From Dudresnaya verticillata (taxonomy: Eukaryota), in the NCBI GenBank assembly GCA_977862235.1, contig OZ374558.1, positions 186,001 through 250,000 of the forward strand: DNA of 64,000 nt. Reading direction: 5' to 3'. Shown here piece after piece: positions 36,000 through 47,341 of the stretch (position 1 is its first letter; each line of letters starts with the position of its first letter). The translations under genes were made by a program, and so were the position numbers. The notes beneath the pieces are model-generated. The model was given only the letters and a program-made list of their open reading frames with translations. It was not told where the DNA came from and did no database searches.

Positions 36000-38319
36000 C
36001 TGTGGATGGATTTTCTTGTCCTCATCCTCTTAAAATACCTTCTATTGCGTAGACTGCCATCCATCTCGTATGATTTAGTGCTTAAGTTGGCTCCAAACTC
36101 TCTCCCAACGACGAAAGTAAGATACCGTAGTAGCTCTCTTTTCCAGCTTGCGCCTCTCTGTGTAGCGCTCGGATTCAAACTTGCGCCCGATGGGGCTTGG
36201 GGCTCTACAATTATCCATTTTTGTCAGCTGATCAAGTGCTGACATCCCCTAATGATAGTCAGGTTTACTGATGCACTGAGTCGAGCGGGTCGAAAGTAAG
36301 CAGCTAGCGTATAGTTGTGAGTAGATCTTCGTGTCCAATGGTTGCAGCTACAGTAAAGTTCCAAGTCGAACAGGCCGAGATTATAGCGTCTAGTGCGCAG
36401 TGTAGTCGTAGATCTTGATACCACTGGCAAAGTGGATCCGTTTTATATACGGCTGTGACTCCGTACTACACTTTGGATCATTCCTTGTTCACAGTCGATT
36501 TGGCACTCATCAGGGTGATCCACTTAGCCCTCTCTTGTTTGCTTTGGTCCTGCAACCTCTCTTGTATCTCCTTCGTACCCGTTTCTCTATCCCTTGCAAG
36601 TATTCTTCGCCGATGATGGAACTCTTCTCCTGCCTCGCAGGATGCTCGGTTCAGTTCTTTCTTTCCTCGCAACGGAAGGATCTAAGATTGGGTTTCATCT
36701 CAATCTTTCCAAAACCACTGCTTGGTGGTGGCGCCGTCCCTCTCGAATCCCTGTTACTACTAACGGGTGCGCTGTTACTATATCTCAACATGATGCTCTA
36801 ACTGTGCTCGGTTCTCCTATCGGTCACTCTGCCGGTTGCAAAGCACAGTTTGAATGGAGACGAGACAGGGACACTCGTCTATTGGACGCGCTTCCAACTC
36901 TAAATGACCCACAAATGGCCTATGATCTGTTGCGCTATTGCTCCGGTGCTTGCAAGCTGATCTATACGCTACGAATTGCCCCGCCGCATGTAACCTTTCC
37001 TGAGGCCGATATATTCGACCAAATGCAGGGAAGGGCGTTCGAACGTATTCATCACTCGCTTGCAGACGATTCCTGGACTTCTGCGACACTCCCGCTTGGA
37101 TTTGGGGGGCTTGGCCTCACCCCTACTACCACGCTTGTCGAGCTTTCCTATATCAGTTCTGTAATGGATGTTTGGGATTTGTTCACTACTTTGGTCGCGC
37201 CTGGGCTTTCCATGTTCTCTCGCTCCGACTCAAGGCCTCGGAGTTTGGCTCGAACCTGTAATGCCATGTGTACTCGCTCTGGTTTATCTAGCGATTATCA
37301 CTTTTCAACCCTCCTCTCTCGCACCCGAAAGCGATGTTACACCCCCCACTTGCAAGAAGAACTCTCCGAGAAGGTTCACTCTCTTTTTGTGGATAATTAC
37401 TGGCCCTCCGTCCGTTCGACTGACATAGAAGATCGTGTCAAAAGGGCCCGACTTCTCTTCTGTGGTAGTTTGGAATCTCGAATGGCCTTTACCGCATTCC
37501 CCGATCCACGCCGAGGCACCTCTGTGTCACCTGCTAATGGGCTACCATGATCGACTTGCGTTTGGGCGCACCTGTATTTGCGCCAGATCTCCCTTGTTAT
37601 GCTTGTCTCTCCGTTTCTGGTCGCGTGGTTTCCCTTGAACGTTTGGGGTATCATGCTTCGACATGTCCCTGTGCTCATGGGTCTACTCGTCGTCACAATT
37701 CCATTAGGGATATCCTCTTTTCTCGTCTCCGTCACCCGTCTATCGGGCTTTCTGTCACGAGAGAGCAGTCGTCTCATTTCCAGGACGATCTTCGACGATT
37801 GGAATTGGTTTTGGATGATCCTGCCTTTTCTGATTCATGCATTGGTTATGATCTTACTATTGTTGCTCCCTCTACTGCTCGCGCTGTGTCCAAGGCATCT
37901 AAAATTCCTGCAGGGGCCGCCCAAGTCGCTGAACGGGACAAGCATCGCAAGTACCACACCGGTTGTGCAGCCCTACTTCGAACCCTACCATAAAGTTCCC
38001 CCATCTCTCTTGTGCAGCACATTGTATTTCGTTTCAGCCGCTGGGCTTTGACATTCACGGTGGCATTGGCCCTGAATGCGGTACCGCTCTCCAAAAGCTC
38101 GCTACTTTCCTGGCCACGCGCCGGGGAACAAATCCTACTACTGAATACCATTCGTTGGTTTCACCACTGGTTTTCCGCATTCTCCAGCTCACCGCCCTCG
38201 CCGTGAATCGTCGACGTCCCGTTAGTCCAGTCCTTCCGGTAGTCATCAGCGGCTAAGTCATTAGGGTTTCCGCTGTTCGTCTTGCTTCAATAAAGTTGTG
38301 ATGATGAATGATGATGATG
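36000..38319 (+). mobile_element. RLE-type non-LTR retrotransposon (CRE-like), truncated and decayed
   Basis: RT motifs GTHQGDPLSPLLF and FADD, thumb LPLGFGGLGL, CCHC (CYAC...HASTC), RHN, YDLTIV, AERDKHRKY and FQPLGFDIHGG. AATAAA at 38289 is followed by a (TGA)n tail. The portion 36000-36415 is uncertain. Confidence 0.85.
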
Positions 38320-39380
38320 TACGTTCTTCGGTACCGAGCAGTCCATTCTCGTCTGCCCTCTTATTTCTTATATAATGCGTATTGCAGTTGCTGCAATACT
38401 AACTTCTTGCGTTACTATACAGTTGTTGGCCATACTAGAACATCCAGCCGATCTCATACCGATAACGGTGCCGTTATCGGTGGATTGCACTACTAGAGTA
38501 GGCTACAGCTGTGTGTGCCGGTTAGAAATCCATTGGGGATGTGCAATCAGAAGACCTGTAGCAGTACAATTGTCTGTTATACATATCCCCCGCCTCTTTG
38601 TTCAAGGCCCACGAAGGCCCTACGATCTAATACGCATAAGGCCATGCCCTGCAAAGAATGTTTTGTTACCGATATTCTAACGCTTCAGTTTTCATGAAGA
38701 GTGAGGCCGAGCAAGTCAACCTCCCGTCCCGGGTGGATTGAGTTTGAAGATACAGAATGGCATCGAGACACCACCATGGTTCAAGCAGTTATGTATCAGC
38801 GGGGATTTTGCGGAACAATTGAAGGAACACGGGAAGTGTGCATGACGAAGAGTCTCCACGCACAAGCCGTTGGCACATGTATGTGCCCGCATGCATGCTT
38901 TCTGATACTGCGTTCTAGATGGCAAGAGCCCTTTTGTTTTTGCCGTGTGTAACCAAATGACTGGCACAGAAAGCTATCTTTCCTTCGAGGGCGCCATGCT
39001 GCTTCCGTAGGCGGCATTTATGTTCTGTCTAAGCAAAGATAGGCTCAAAGCCGAAAGTGACTCCGACACAGATTCGCCACATCTTGCAAGTACTGGAGAG
39101 GAATGCTCGATCGATCGGCCTGATGGCGCACGTGAAGGAATATTGAGCACTACCCGTGATGCTCTCTATACCGTTCCCGCGATTGGTAGGGACAGAACTT
39201 TCCCAGATTACAACTCTGGAAGGACGGTATAGTTTACATACTGCAAAACTCGTCAAACTTGTGGATGGTCGGGACTTGGGGTCTATTTACCATGTCTGTC
39301 TTCTAGGGTCGCGGTAACATGGTACACTGTACAACATTGACCTTCAAAAAATAGCAACAAGCTTGTACACGACGCGTTCT

Positions 39381-40475
39381 TTACTTGTTCCTCTTGTAAA
39401 TCTTGGACAGCAGAAAGTCAAAAGCACCGGTAGGCATGTTTGTAATGGCAGCGATATTCTTCTTCATGTTATCATAGCTCTGTTGCTCAAACTCGGCAAA
39501 CTTGTTCTTGAGTCCCATCCGGACATACATTTCCTTAACAGCGTCGGAGTCGTCCTTGCTCTTTTTCCCGTAATGCTCCTTGAGCAACTTAATGTCATCC
39601 TCGGTAGCAACCTTGAGCGCCTGAACAACAAGCCAGGTGCAAGTATTCTCCTCGATATCGGTGCCAACCTTGCCTGTGACAGCGGGGTCGCCAAACGCGT
39701 CGAGAAAATCGTCCTGGGCTTGGAAGTAGTAGCCCATCTCGAGACAGATGCTCTTGGCGGTGTCGTAGCAGGCCTGGTCGGTAACACCAGCCAGGCGCAT
39801 GCCAAGGGCGACTGGGAGGTAGAAAGTGTAGTGGGAGGTCTTGTACTTGTAAATCCTTGCTAGAACGTCATCGGTGAACTTTTCCAGTTGGACCGGGCCG
39901 TCATCTTGCGAGGTGAGGTCGAGGAGCTGGCCGACCTCGGTGGTGTAGGTGATGTCCTGGAAGAGCTCGACGAGGTCGAGATACGCGGGGTGGTCGCGGA
40001 AGTGCAGCCGCAGCAGACGGTAGATCATCAGCTCGAGCACCAGCCCGTCGTTGATGGCCTTGAGCCCAATCTCGGGCAGGCGGAAGAAGCACGGCTGTCC
40101 GCGGCGCGTGTGGCTGCCGTCCATGATGTCGTCCGCGACGAGGAAGAAGGCCTGCAGGAGCTCCACGCACCAGCCCAGGATGTTTGCCTGGCGCTCCAGC
40201 TCGGGCGTGACGGGCGTGGACGAGTGGAAGGCCTTGAAGCATTGGAAGACGGCCAGCCCGCGGTTGAGCTTGCCGTGCGGGGTGTTGTACTCCAGGTTGC
40301 GCTGGATGTAGGCCAGCGAGGCCTCGGACAGGTCGTGCGTGGCGGACAGGTCGCGCAGCAGGTCGCGCACTAGCGACGGGAAGAGGGCCTTGAAGGCGCT
40401 CTTCGAGTCGCACGCGGCGGGCGGCGCGGCGGGTGCCGCGGCGACGGCGGCGGCGGTGTCGGTGGAGGCGGGCAT
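39381..40475 (-). CDS. FPPS: Farnesyl diphosphate synthase, 364 aa, intronless
   Basis: GKLNRG; first aspartate-rich motif FFLVADDIMD followed by RRGQPC; GQLLDL; YKT; second motif FQAQDDFLD; GKVGTDIEE; C-terminal KIYKRNK. ATG at 40475 (MPASTD); the upstream extension is low-complexity UTR. Confidence 0.97.
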   Translation of the reverse strand: MPASTDTAAAVAAAPAAPPAACDSKSAFKALFPSLVRDLLRDLSATHDLSEASLAYIQRNLEYNTPHGKLNRGLAVFQCFKAFHSSTPVTPELERQANILGWCVELLQAFFLVADDIMDGSHTRRGQPCFFRLPEIGLKAINDGLVLELMIYRLLRLHFRDHPAYLDLVELFQDITYTTEVGQLLDLTSQDDGPVQLEKFTDDVLARIYKYKTSHYTFYLPVALGMRLAGVTDQACYDTAKSICLEMGYYFQAQDDFLDAFGDPAVTGKVGTDIEENTCTWLVVQALKVATEDDIKLLKEHYGKKSKDDSDAVKEMYVRMGLKNKFAEFEQQSYDNMKKNIAAITNMPTGAFDFLLSKIYKRNK

Positions 40476-40596
40476 TTTGGAGCGCGGGCGGGGTGCGAGG
40501 GGGGCGGCGGTGGCGGAGGGGGGAAGGGGGAGGTGGTGGTGGCGGCGAGGATGGCGAGGGTGAGGTCGGCGAGGCGGCGGCGGTATAAAACGGGTG

Positions 40597-40648
40597 CGGG
40601 CGGCACGGGCGGCGCGGGCGGCGCGGGCGGCGCGGGCGGCGCGGGCGG
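40597..40648. repeat. 9-bp GC repeat (CGGGCGGCG x~5.5) in the FPPS promoter, next to TATAAAA at 40584
   Basis: Read directly from the sequence. Confidence 0.8.
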
Positions 40649-41125
40649 TGAAGGGTGACGACAGCGGGTACGTTTTGTGGCTGAGAGGTATGGATTGACG
40701 CGGTGGATTGACGGGGTGCGCGAAATGTGGGAAATTGCGGGCGGTTTGCGGGTTGACTGATGAGCGGTGACTGCGGAGCGGTTGACTGAAAGTGCGCGCA
40801 GCGAGCGAGTGGGTGGCCGGCCGCGTTTCGCATTTATTACGTGTGATCAATGTGCGCGGCGCGCGCGGTCGGGGTGTGCCACCGCGACGGCGCCTGCTGC
40901 AAGGCGCGCGCCACTGCGGCGGGACGCGGGAATGCGAGCGCCTGGCTTGCTGCCGGGGCGCTTCTCACCCGGCGCCGGACTCCGCTGGCCTCGAAGAGGT
41001 CTGCATTCGCATTTGTTCCTTGTGTCTAGGCGTTCGAGCCTCGAAACTCGGTCTCGTTCCAGTCCCTCGCCATTACCGGAAGCCTGTCGGTCATCGCCAC
41101 CGTTGTACCGTAACATCCATTCAAT

Positions 41126-43132
41126 CTAATCATCGCTCTCCCCCAGCCGAGACAACCACTTGAAGAGCAGGATACCTTTTCTGGTTCTCGGGTCCGTTTC
41201 TAGCACCGAGATGCAGTCCCGTAGCGTGATATTAGGGCTAGTGTTCCTGTTGCCTATCTCCAACAATCGCGGAGGCGCTTCAATCGGAGGTAATGCTGCT
41301 CCTTGGCCACGCCCAGATTCAGTCAAATCAATCACCGTCTCCTTCAGGCTGGGGAGCAGTACAGGCAGTTTCCGTCTTCGCGTATTCCTCCTGTGCCGCT
41401 TCACGATCCTATCAAGCGCAGACACCGTCTGTATCTCAGAAGCACGGCATACTTTGAGCCGGGCTTTCTCTGTGCGCCGTCTTTGAGACGCATCTCGCCC
41501 CTTCAAGCCTTCGAGCTGTCGTAGCGCGACCTGAGCCCTTTCCATTGCCCCAGGCTCAGGAGTGTCGCCCTTCTTCTTCTTCTTCTTCCCCTTCTCGCCA
41601 GCCTCATTTGCTTCTTTCGAAACCTCGATCCGCTTCCCACTTTGTTCAAGTCCCTGGGTAGGGGGCCGGTTCTTTTCAATTATGCTTCCCCCGTCATCTG
41701 CTGGTTCATTCCGAGAGATGCCCGCTGCATTCTCGATTCTCTTGCGGGCTTCCAGTCTTGCGGATACCCGCTTCTGTGCTGCTAGTACCAAGCGGCGCTC
41801 CTCAGCTCCCCGCTCGCGTTCCAGTTCATCATACAAACAATTCCCAATAGATATCTTGCAGAACCCAGCGAGGTTCTGTTCCGTCCGGTGATCTTTGCAC
41901 CGCTTGAGCTCAACCAACTTTTCTCTTAGCTGCTCTCGGATGAACAGAGAAACGGATTTCATCACCAGTTCTGTCACGCGTCCATCTGTTTGCATACCCT
42001 CGAAGCTCGTTTCCATCGTATCTTTCAGGGTCTCCTTATCAAGAAGCGTTGAATAGCCATCGCAAATAATGTTGCGAGTGGCAGTATCCCCTTCCATAAC
42101 GGCATCAGAATTCAAGGCACGTGAATCGTTGTGTAGTGTTCCATTCGTACAAGCCTGGTTCGGCTGTATCTCCAATCCCGAAACCTGCTGTTGAGGACGC
42201 GGCCGTATTTCCCGATGCATCGGCATTGAGCCCCGTCGTGCCCAATTGTGCATGGATTCTGTTGACAACGGCCTCTCAGAGCCTCGCACACGTGTTCCCT
42301 CATTTTCCTGGCGAGTGGATGTCCGTACATCTTGGGGAAAGGGTAGCGATGCGCGCTGAGAAACACTATTCATATCCCCCGCCGACAAAACCTTTGAGGG
42401 CAGCAACGTTTTCTTCTGTCCCCCTCCCCTACAATTGGCTGTGGGAGCAGCAGGATTTTCACGACGATGCTGATGACTTTGCGGTTCGTCGCCAACTGCC
42501 GTGCTGGGCTTAGGTAGAATTTGTTTCCGTCTGCTGCTAGGCACTGGTGTTTGGTGTTGCGCACCAGGTTGAGCGCAGTCAGACTGCAACAAAAGCTGCG
42601 GGGGTCCCGTTGGAGGGCCATTTTGATGCATCAAATGATGCAGTCCTTCCGTTGTTCTCCTTAGAACAGGTTGGCTACGAGATGTATCGCGTCCTTGGAA
42701 ATTCTGAACAGCCGCACTTTTCGTTATCAACACGGCAGGGGAAGCATAGGAAATCGTCAACTTGAGATTGTGCACACTTTGAACACCCCCAGCAGGTTTA
42801 TCTTGGTCCATGGCCTTAATTTGGCGTACTGCTACAGGCTGAGCGCAGTTGTAATGGCCAGAGGAAGCGTTCAAAGGACTTGAGGAATTTCCCGGGGGTG
42901 AAGCAAGAGTAGCTTTGCCAGGGTGAGCGGTCTTTTCGGCTACACAGTTTTTGTGGTCCCAGTTATGGTGGATCCGCATGAGGGCTTGGGCCGTGATGGG
43001 AAGAACATTAGCATTCTCTGTTCGTTGGTGTGTGTGCATTTGTTCGTTTCCGGTTTGTGAACCTGCAAGACCAAGCGCTTCCTCGACTTCCCTCACAATT
43101 CTGTCTTGAACCATCTGTTGCGTGTCCGCCAT
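41126..43132 (-). CDS. TAF4: TAF4-like protein (TFIID subunit 4), ~668 aa
   Basis: Disordered Q/P-rich N-terminus, histone-fold-like LLDKETLKDTM...VSLFIREQLREKLVELKRCKDHR, and terminal motif ITLRDCISVLETDPRTRKGILLFKW resembling the TAF4 C-terminal domain. The first ATG is at 43132. Confidence 0.65.
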   Translation of the reverse strand: MADTQQMVQDRIVREVEEALGLAGSQTGNEQMHTHQRTENANVLPITAQALMRIHHNWDHKNCVAEKTAHPGKATLASPPGNSSSPLNASSGHYNCAQPVAVRQIKAMDQDKPAGGVQSVHNLKLTISYASPAVLITKSAAVQNFQGRDTSRSQPVLRRTTEGLHHLMHQNGPPTGPPQLLLQSDCAQPGAQHQTPVPSSRRKQILPKPSTAVGDEPQSHQHRRENPAAPTANCRGGGQKKTLLPSKVLSAGDMNSVSQRASLPFPQDVRTSTRQENEGTRVRGSERPLSTESMHNWARRGSMPMHREIRPRPQQQVSGLEIQPNQACTNGTLHNDSRALNSDAVMEGDTATRNIICDGYSTLLDKETLKDTMETSFEGMQTDGRVTELVMKSVSLFIREQLREKLVELKRCKDHRTEQNLAGFCKISIGNCLYDELERERGAEERRLVLAAQKRVSARLEARKRIENAAGISRNEPADDGGSIIEKNRPPTQGLEQSGKRIEVSKEANEAGEKGKKKKKKGDTPEPGAMERAQVALRQLEGLKGRDASQRRRTEKARLKVCRASEIQTVSALDRIVKRHRRNTRRRKLPVLLPSLKETVIDLTESGRGQGAALPPIEAPPRLLEIGNRNTSPNITLRDCISVLETDPRTRKGILLFKWLSRLGESDD

Positions 43133-44705
43133 TTTTCTCTTGTCGCCACACTCCCCCGAAGAAGTTACGTCCAAGATTGAAACTTGTCCAAGTGCAGGTT
43201 GGAGAATGCTGGAAGTGCAGTCTCGGCAGGTGGAAAAGGCCGACTAGAAGAGGGTCGGTTGGGCTGCAATGCATGCGGGAGAGAGAGAGAGAGACCGTGG
43301 CTGCGGATCTCACCGTGGTGGTGCTAGAAGGCGTTGCAAAATGTTTGGGAGTGGTGGGGAATGCTGGTGAAGCGTTCCATCTTCAGGGTGAGGACTTCGG
43401 CTCCCCTTTTAAAGTCGAGTATGCCGTCGGCTGTGTGCTTTGGCAGAGGGCATTGCATAGCCCGTCGCAGCTGTTCGCACACGTAGTGTGAGCGTTGAGA
43501 CTTGTTCAGCGGAACCATTTGTATTTGTGCGCCATGCAATTCGCCGTCACGGAGCAATTGTTCAGAGTGTGAATCGAACGTTGATCGGTAAGGTTTTGCG
43601 CTTCACGTCATCACATTGCCGCTCTGCAGGCGGCTTTTAGGATGAATAAAGTGACTCTCTATTGCTTGCGCTAATTACTGAGCACAACTTTAAACAACTA
43701 ATAAATTGAACCGCCATCTCAGATATTCGGTCTATACCTCCTGGCATTAATACTCTTTTCTCTACTCTTTCCACTTTTCCTACTGAATACCGTTAAAACA
43801 AGTCCTTCTGGGTATATAAGACATATTTTTACTGCCCAATATGATTATTGAGGAATGAGGGTCAGGATATTACTAAAAAAAAGTAACGCATACTTTTATA
43901 TATAAATCTGACTCGCTTTTCCTGCAACTTTACGTGCCACGTGCTGCTCAGAACTGGATTTGTTTCAACCCCCTCGAATTTGAGCAGCGGCAAGTTTCTT
44001 TGTAGGAAACATGAGGCGCATTTTAAAAATAAGTGCTATCTAAAAATAAACATCCACACGGCAAAACATTTTCAAACGCTGAGCGTTGTAAATAGAACAT
44101 CACCTCTATGAAGACCCCATAAAGTGTAACAACGCATTTACGTATTACAAAGAGGCGACGTATAGGGTATGCTTAATTCCTTGCACAGAACACTGCGCAC
44201 TGCCGGGTAATGTTTTTACCCGAAGGACCTTGGAATCCAAGCGCGGAACATGTTCTTTTATATTTATAGTGCGATGGATTTTACTCGAAGACGGCACACG
44301 AAAAATAAGAGAGCTGACATCATAGAGCTGATCGCCTGCGGCTTTCTTCATTTGTAGACCTTTTCGGAAATAAGAGAAAATGATCACGCGCCGAGGCGAG
44401 CGCACTCTAAGTTTTGTTGAGCAATCTTTATCACCACATTCTGAGCAATGGATCACTCCGATGATGCACATGTCGGTCAGCGTCGGGCAGATCATCCTCG
44501 CCTTCCTCCTATCCAAAGTCCTACTTAATGCCTCCTGCGGCATGCCTCCCATCAATTTGTCCGGGCGGCATCGCTTTCGAGAACCACAACGCTCTGTCTC
44601 AAGCTGCAAACAAGCACACACACGTACCCACCACTCAACGCATCCCCCGCGTCCAACACTTTCGCCACTTCCCCCTTCGCGTTGCAACAGTCCACACCCG
44701 CCAAC

Positions 44706-45908
44706 ATGGACCGTTCGAAAGCCCAAAAGGACCGTGAAGCAAAGCATGACCGCCGCCTCAAGAAGGCGCAGAGTGGGAGACCGTCATCGCGCAACGAGTA
44801 TCGCCATGCTCGACAGCCCTCCAGCTCAAAATACCAATCATCCAACTTTAGATCCACGTTCATAGCGGGCCATTGCACTGCTCCAGGCAGCAAAAAGAAG
44901 CCCTCTCCTCGCCACAATGAGACTTCCAACTGGAGTTCCCCGTTGGAGAAAACGCATGCATCCAAACCGCACAAACGCAGTGAGGCCACCTCGTACCGTG
45001 CCAAGACGAACAACAGAAAAGTATCCCCTTCTTCTCCTTCTTCTTCCTTTCACAATACCGTTACTTCCACCAAGTCATGGCTCGCGTCCTCAGCAGCGAT
45101 GAAAGTCGGTCTACAGGTTATGAGGAGTGTCCTAGATGCTATTCCGCTGTCGATAGGGGAGCGAGCATCCTACCGTGGCGCTTCGTCGCACAAAAAGGAT
45201 CGAGATCACGTAAGAAAGACAGTGCCATCTTCCCGCACTCCTGCGACTGCACAATCGCACCCTGCTGGCAAGTCGCTCAATTCAGAATCAAGGCAGTATC
45301 GACACAAAGCAACGCCAAGGAAACCCGAGGCGAGTCAGAGTCACAAGACTGCTTTTAGTTCGAACACTTCACTACCGGTGGGGCCAATTCCTCTTAGAAA
45401 TGACCAAGAGGTCAGGGAAGCCATGGAAGTGTTTCGGAGGACGAACATTGAGCGTTTCGATCATGGAAGAAGTGAGGTGATTTGGAGTAGAGCACTAGAA
45501 ATGTTGGCAAAGCGGAAATGCCAAGAGCTCTACGAGGACTTTACAAATGCCAAACCTTCTAATAACATCCATCACCAGAACGCTATCAGAGTGTAAGTTC
45601 CGCCTGCACCAACTATTCTCTTCCGAATTCAAATCCTTACTCGACGGTGAAAAAGTAATGCTAACCACTCTCCATTGTCTCTATCCTATTCCTGCTACTC
45701 TGAACTGCAAAAACGGTATATGCCAAACAGTAACGTTAGAGGTATTCAATCGAACAGAATCGGGGTTCATTCTTTCTATGAGGTGCGACAGAACACGGAC
45801 CCAGGAAGACATCGAATGATTTCTCGAGACTGGAAATATTGTGCGGTTGGTCTTTGCGGCGACACTCACACAGTTTTTATGGTTCAACTTTTCGCCAAGG
45901 ACAAGTAG
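44706..45908 (+). CDS. CAP/SCP (PR-1-like) domain protein with basic disordered N-terminus; 2 exons (44706-45592, 45731-45908), 354 aa
   Basis: VFRRTNIERFDHGRSEVIWSRALEMLAKRKCQEL and HRMISRDWKYCAVGL...FMVQLF resemble the two ends of a CAP domain. Intron signals are a GTAAGT donor at 45593, a GCTAAC branch site at 45660 and a CAG acceptor at 45730, with matching phase 2. Confidence 0.75.
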
Positions 45909-47341
45909 TTGCCGCAAGTTGGGTGGCCGCAGCGCAAGTTATGGTAGAAGCTCTGCCCCCCAAAGGGGCTGTAGGATATTCTGTTAGTAAAGTATTCTTT
46001 TGTACTACCGTTTCATAGCCTTCGGACGACAACGGCAATCTATCTATCTATCTATCCATGCTGACTTTGCTGCTCAAAGAAGTACCACGATTCTTTTGTG
46101 AGCGACATAGGGCAAGGCATCCGAAGAGGCGCTTGGGAGGCAACGAATGGCGAGACCTTACGGTGACGATGGTCAGTGAGGGAGAAGTGCAGGCGCGAGG
46201 CGAGTGCTGTGCTCTGATCCGATGACATTCGCCACCGAGTCTACTCGCAGGTGCACGTACCTGAACATTTGCGATATTTCCTGTTATTTTCACACTGGTC
46301 CCTGTCCTTGGTGTCACTACCAGAAAACCTGCGCGAGCACGCCAGGCAGCCCGATTCTAGACTTGCACCGACCGGTCCCAGCGCGCCTCCCGAGGCGTGT
46401 GCTATTGCCGCCACAGCTATGGCACAGCTTTTCCTTCAGACAGCAGCGACCGATCCGTCGACCGTCGCAAGAGAGAGCTAACGCCGATCAGCCTTGCACC
46501 CGGAAACGATAGTTTGTGTGAAGTTCGCTTGTAGGGCGCCGAGTTTCCGCGCGGGGCATGCGGGTTCCTGGTCTTGCATGTTGGAGAGTTGGGGAAAGCC
46601 AACCTCTCGACAGCCGAGGTTTCCTTTGGGCTAGCGGCGAACGGCCTCGATATGGCTCGGGCTTCCACGCAGTCTTTTCACAGCTTCGACCCCCCATCCG
46701 ATGGGACTGAGCATGGTCTCATTGGTTCTGTTGTTCAAGCTAGGGGTTCAGACCTTTGCCAACTTGCTTGCCGAGAACAAGTGCCCAACCCCGCTTTCCG
46801 AGCAATTGCCATTGCGTACCCATCTACTTTCTTTCGCCTTGCAGTATACCACCGTATGTTCTAATCCTCTCCGTCTGCATTGCGTTGTAGGGCTATTCTT
46901 TGTGTGCTAGCTCTGGTACAGGGACACCTACGGGAGACCAAGTTGCTGCGATATCCACCCACCTGACAGCTTTCTTGCTGGAGCAGCTGTCACGAAAAGC
47001 TGCCCGCTCAGTCAGCCCAGCTAGATCCCCTCTGGCTCTAGCATCGCAACACGCGAAGCACAACGCCTCGGCAACTGGAACCAGTGCCGTACCGCCGTAT
47101 GCCACGGGAGTACTGCGGCAATGCCACAGACGCGCCCCACTCGGTAGGGGCCCATAATAGTTGCCGCACCGAGTCTCTGTCTCCGGTAACCAAAGAAGAG
47201 CGCGAAAACCGCGCGGCGGGCGACAATCCGCAACCCGTTCCACCCACAACAGCAGCCCCCGCCGTCGACACGCCCCGCCCGCCCACCTGCACCGCTTCAG
47301 TATCACCAACCTGTCACTTCCGGGCGCCACCGCCACCGCCG

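Noticed and set aside
39901..40833. 310-aa Arg/Pro-rich ORF overlapping FPPS
   Set aside because: It is a shadow frame produced by extreme GC3 in FPPS.
40476..40850. N-terminal extension or transit peptide of FPPS
   Set aside because: It begins at a non-ATG codon and crosses a 9-bp GC repeat and a TATA-like motif. The ATG at 40475 gives a normal-length enzyme.
47084..47341. 86-aa N-terminal extension of the ZF-PB1 proteins
   Set aside because: It has a non-ATG start, and its identity between copies reflects arm homogenisation rather than coding constraint.
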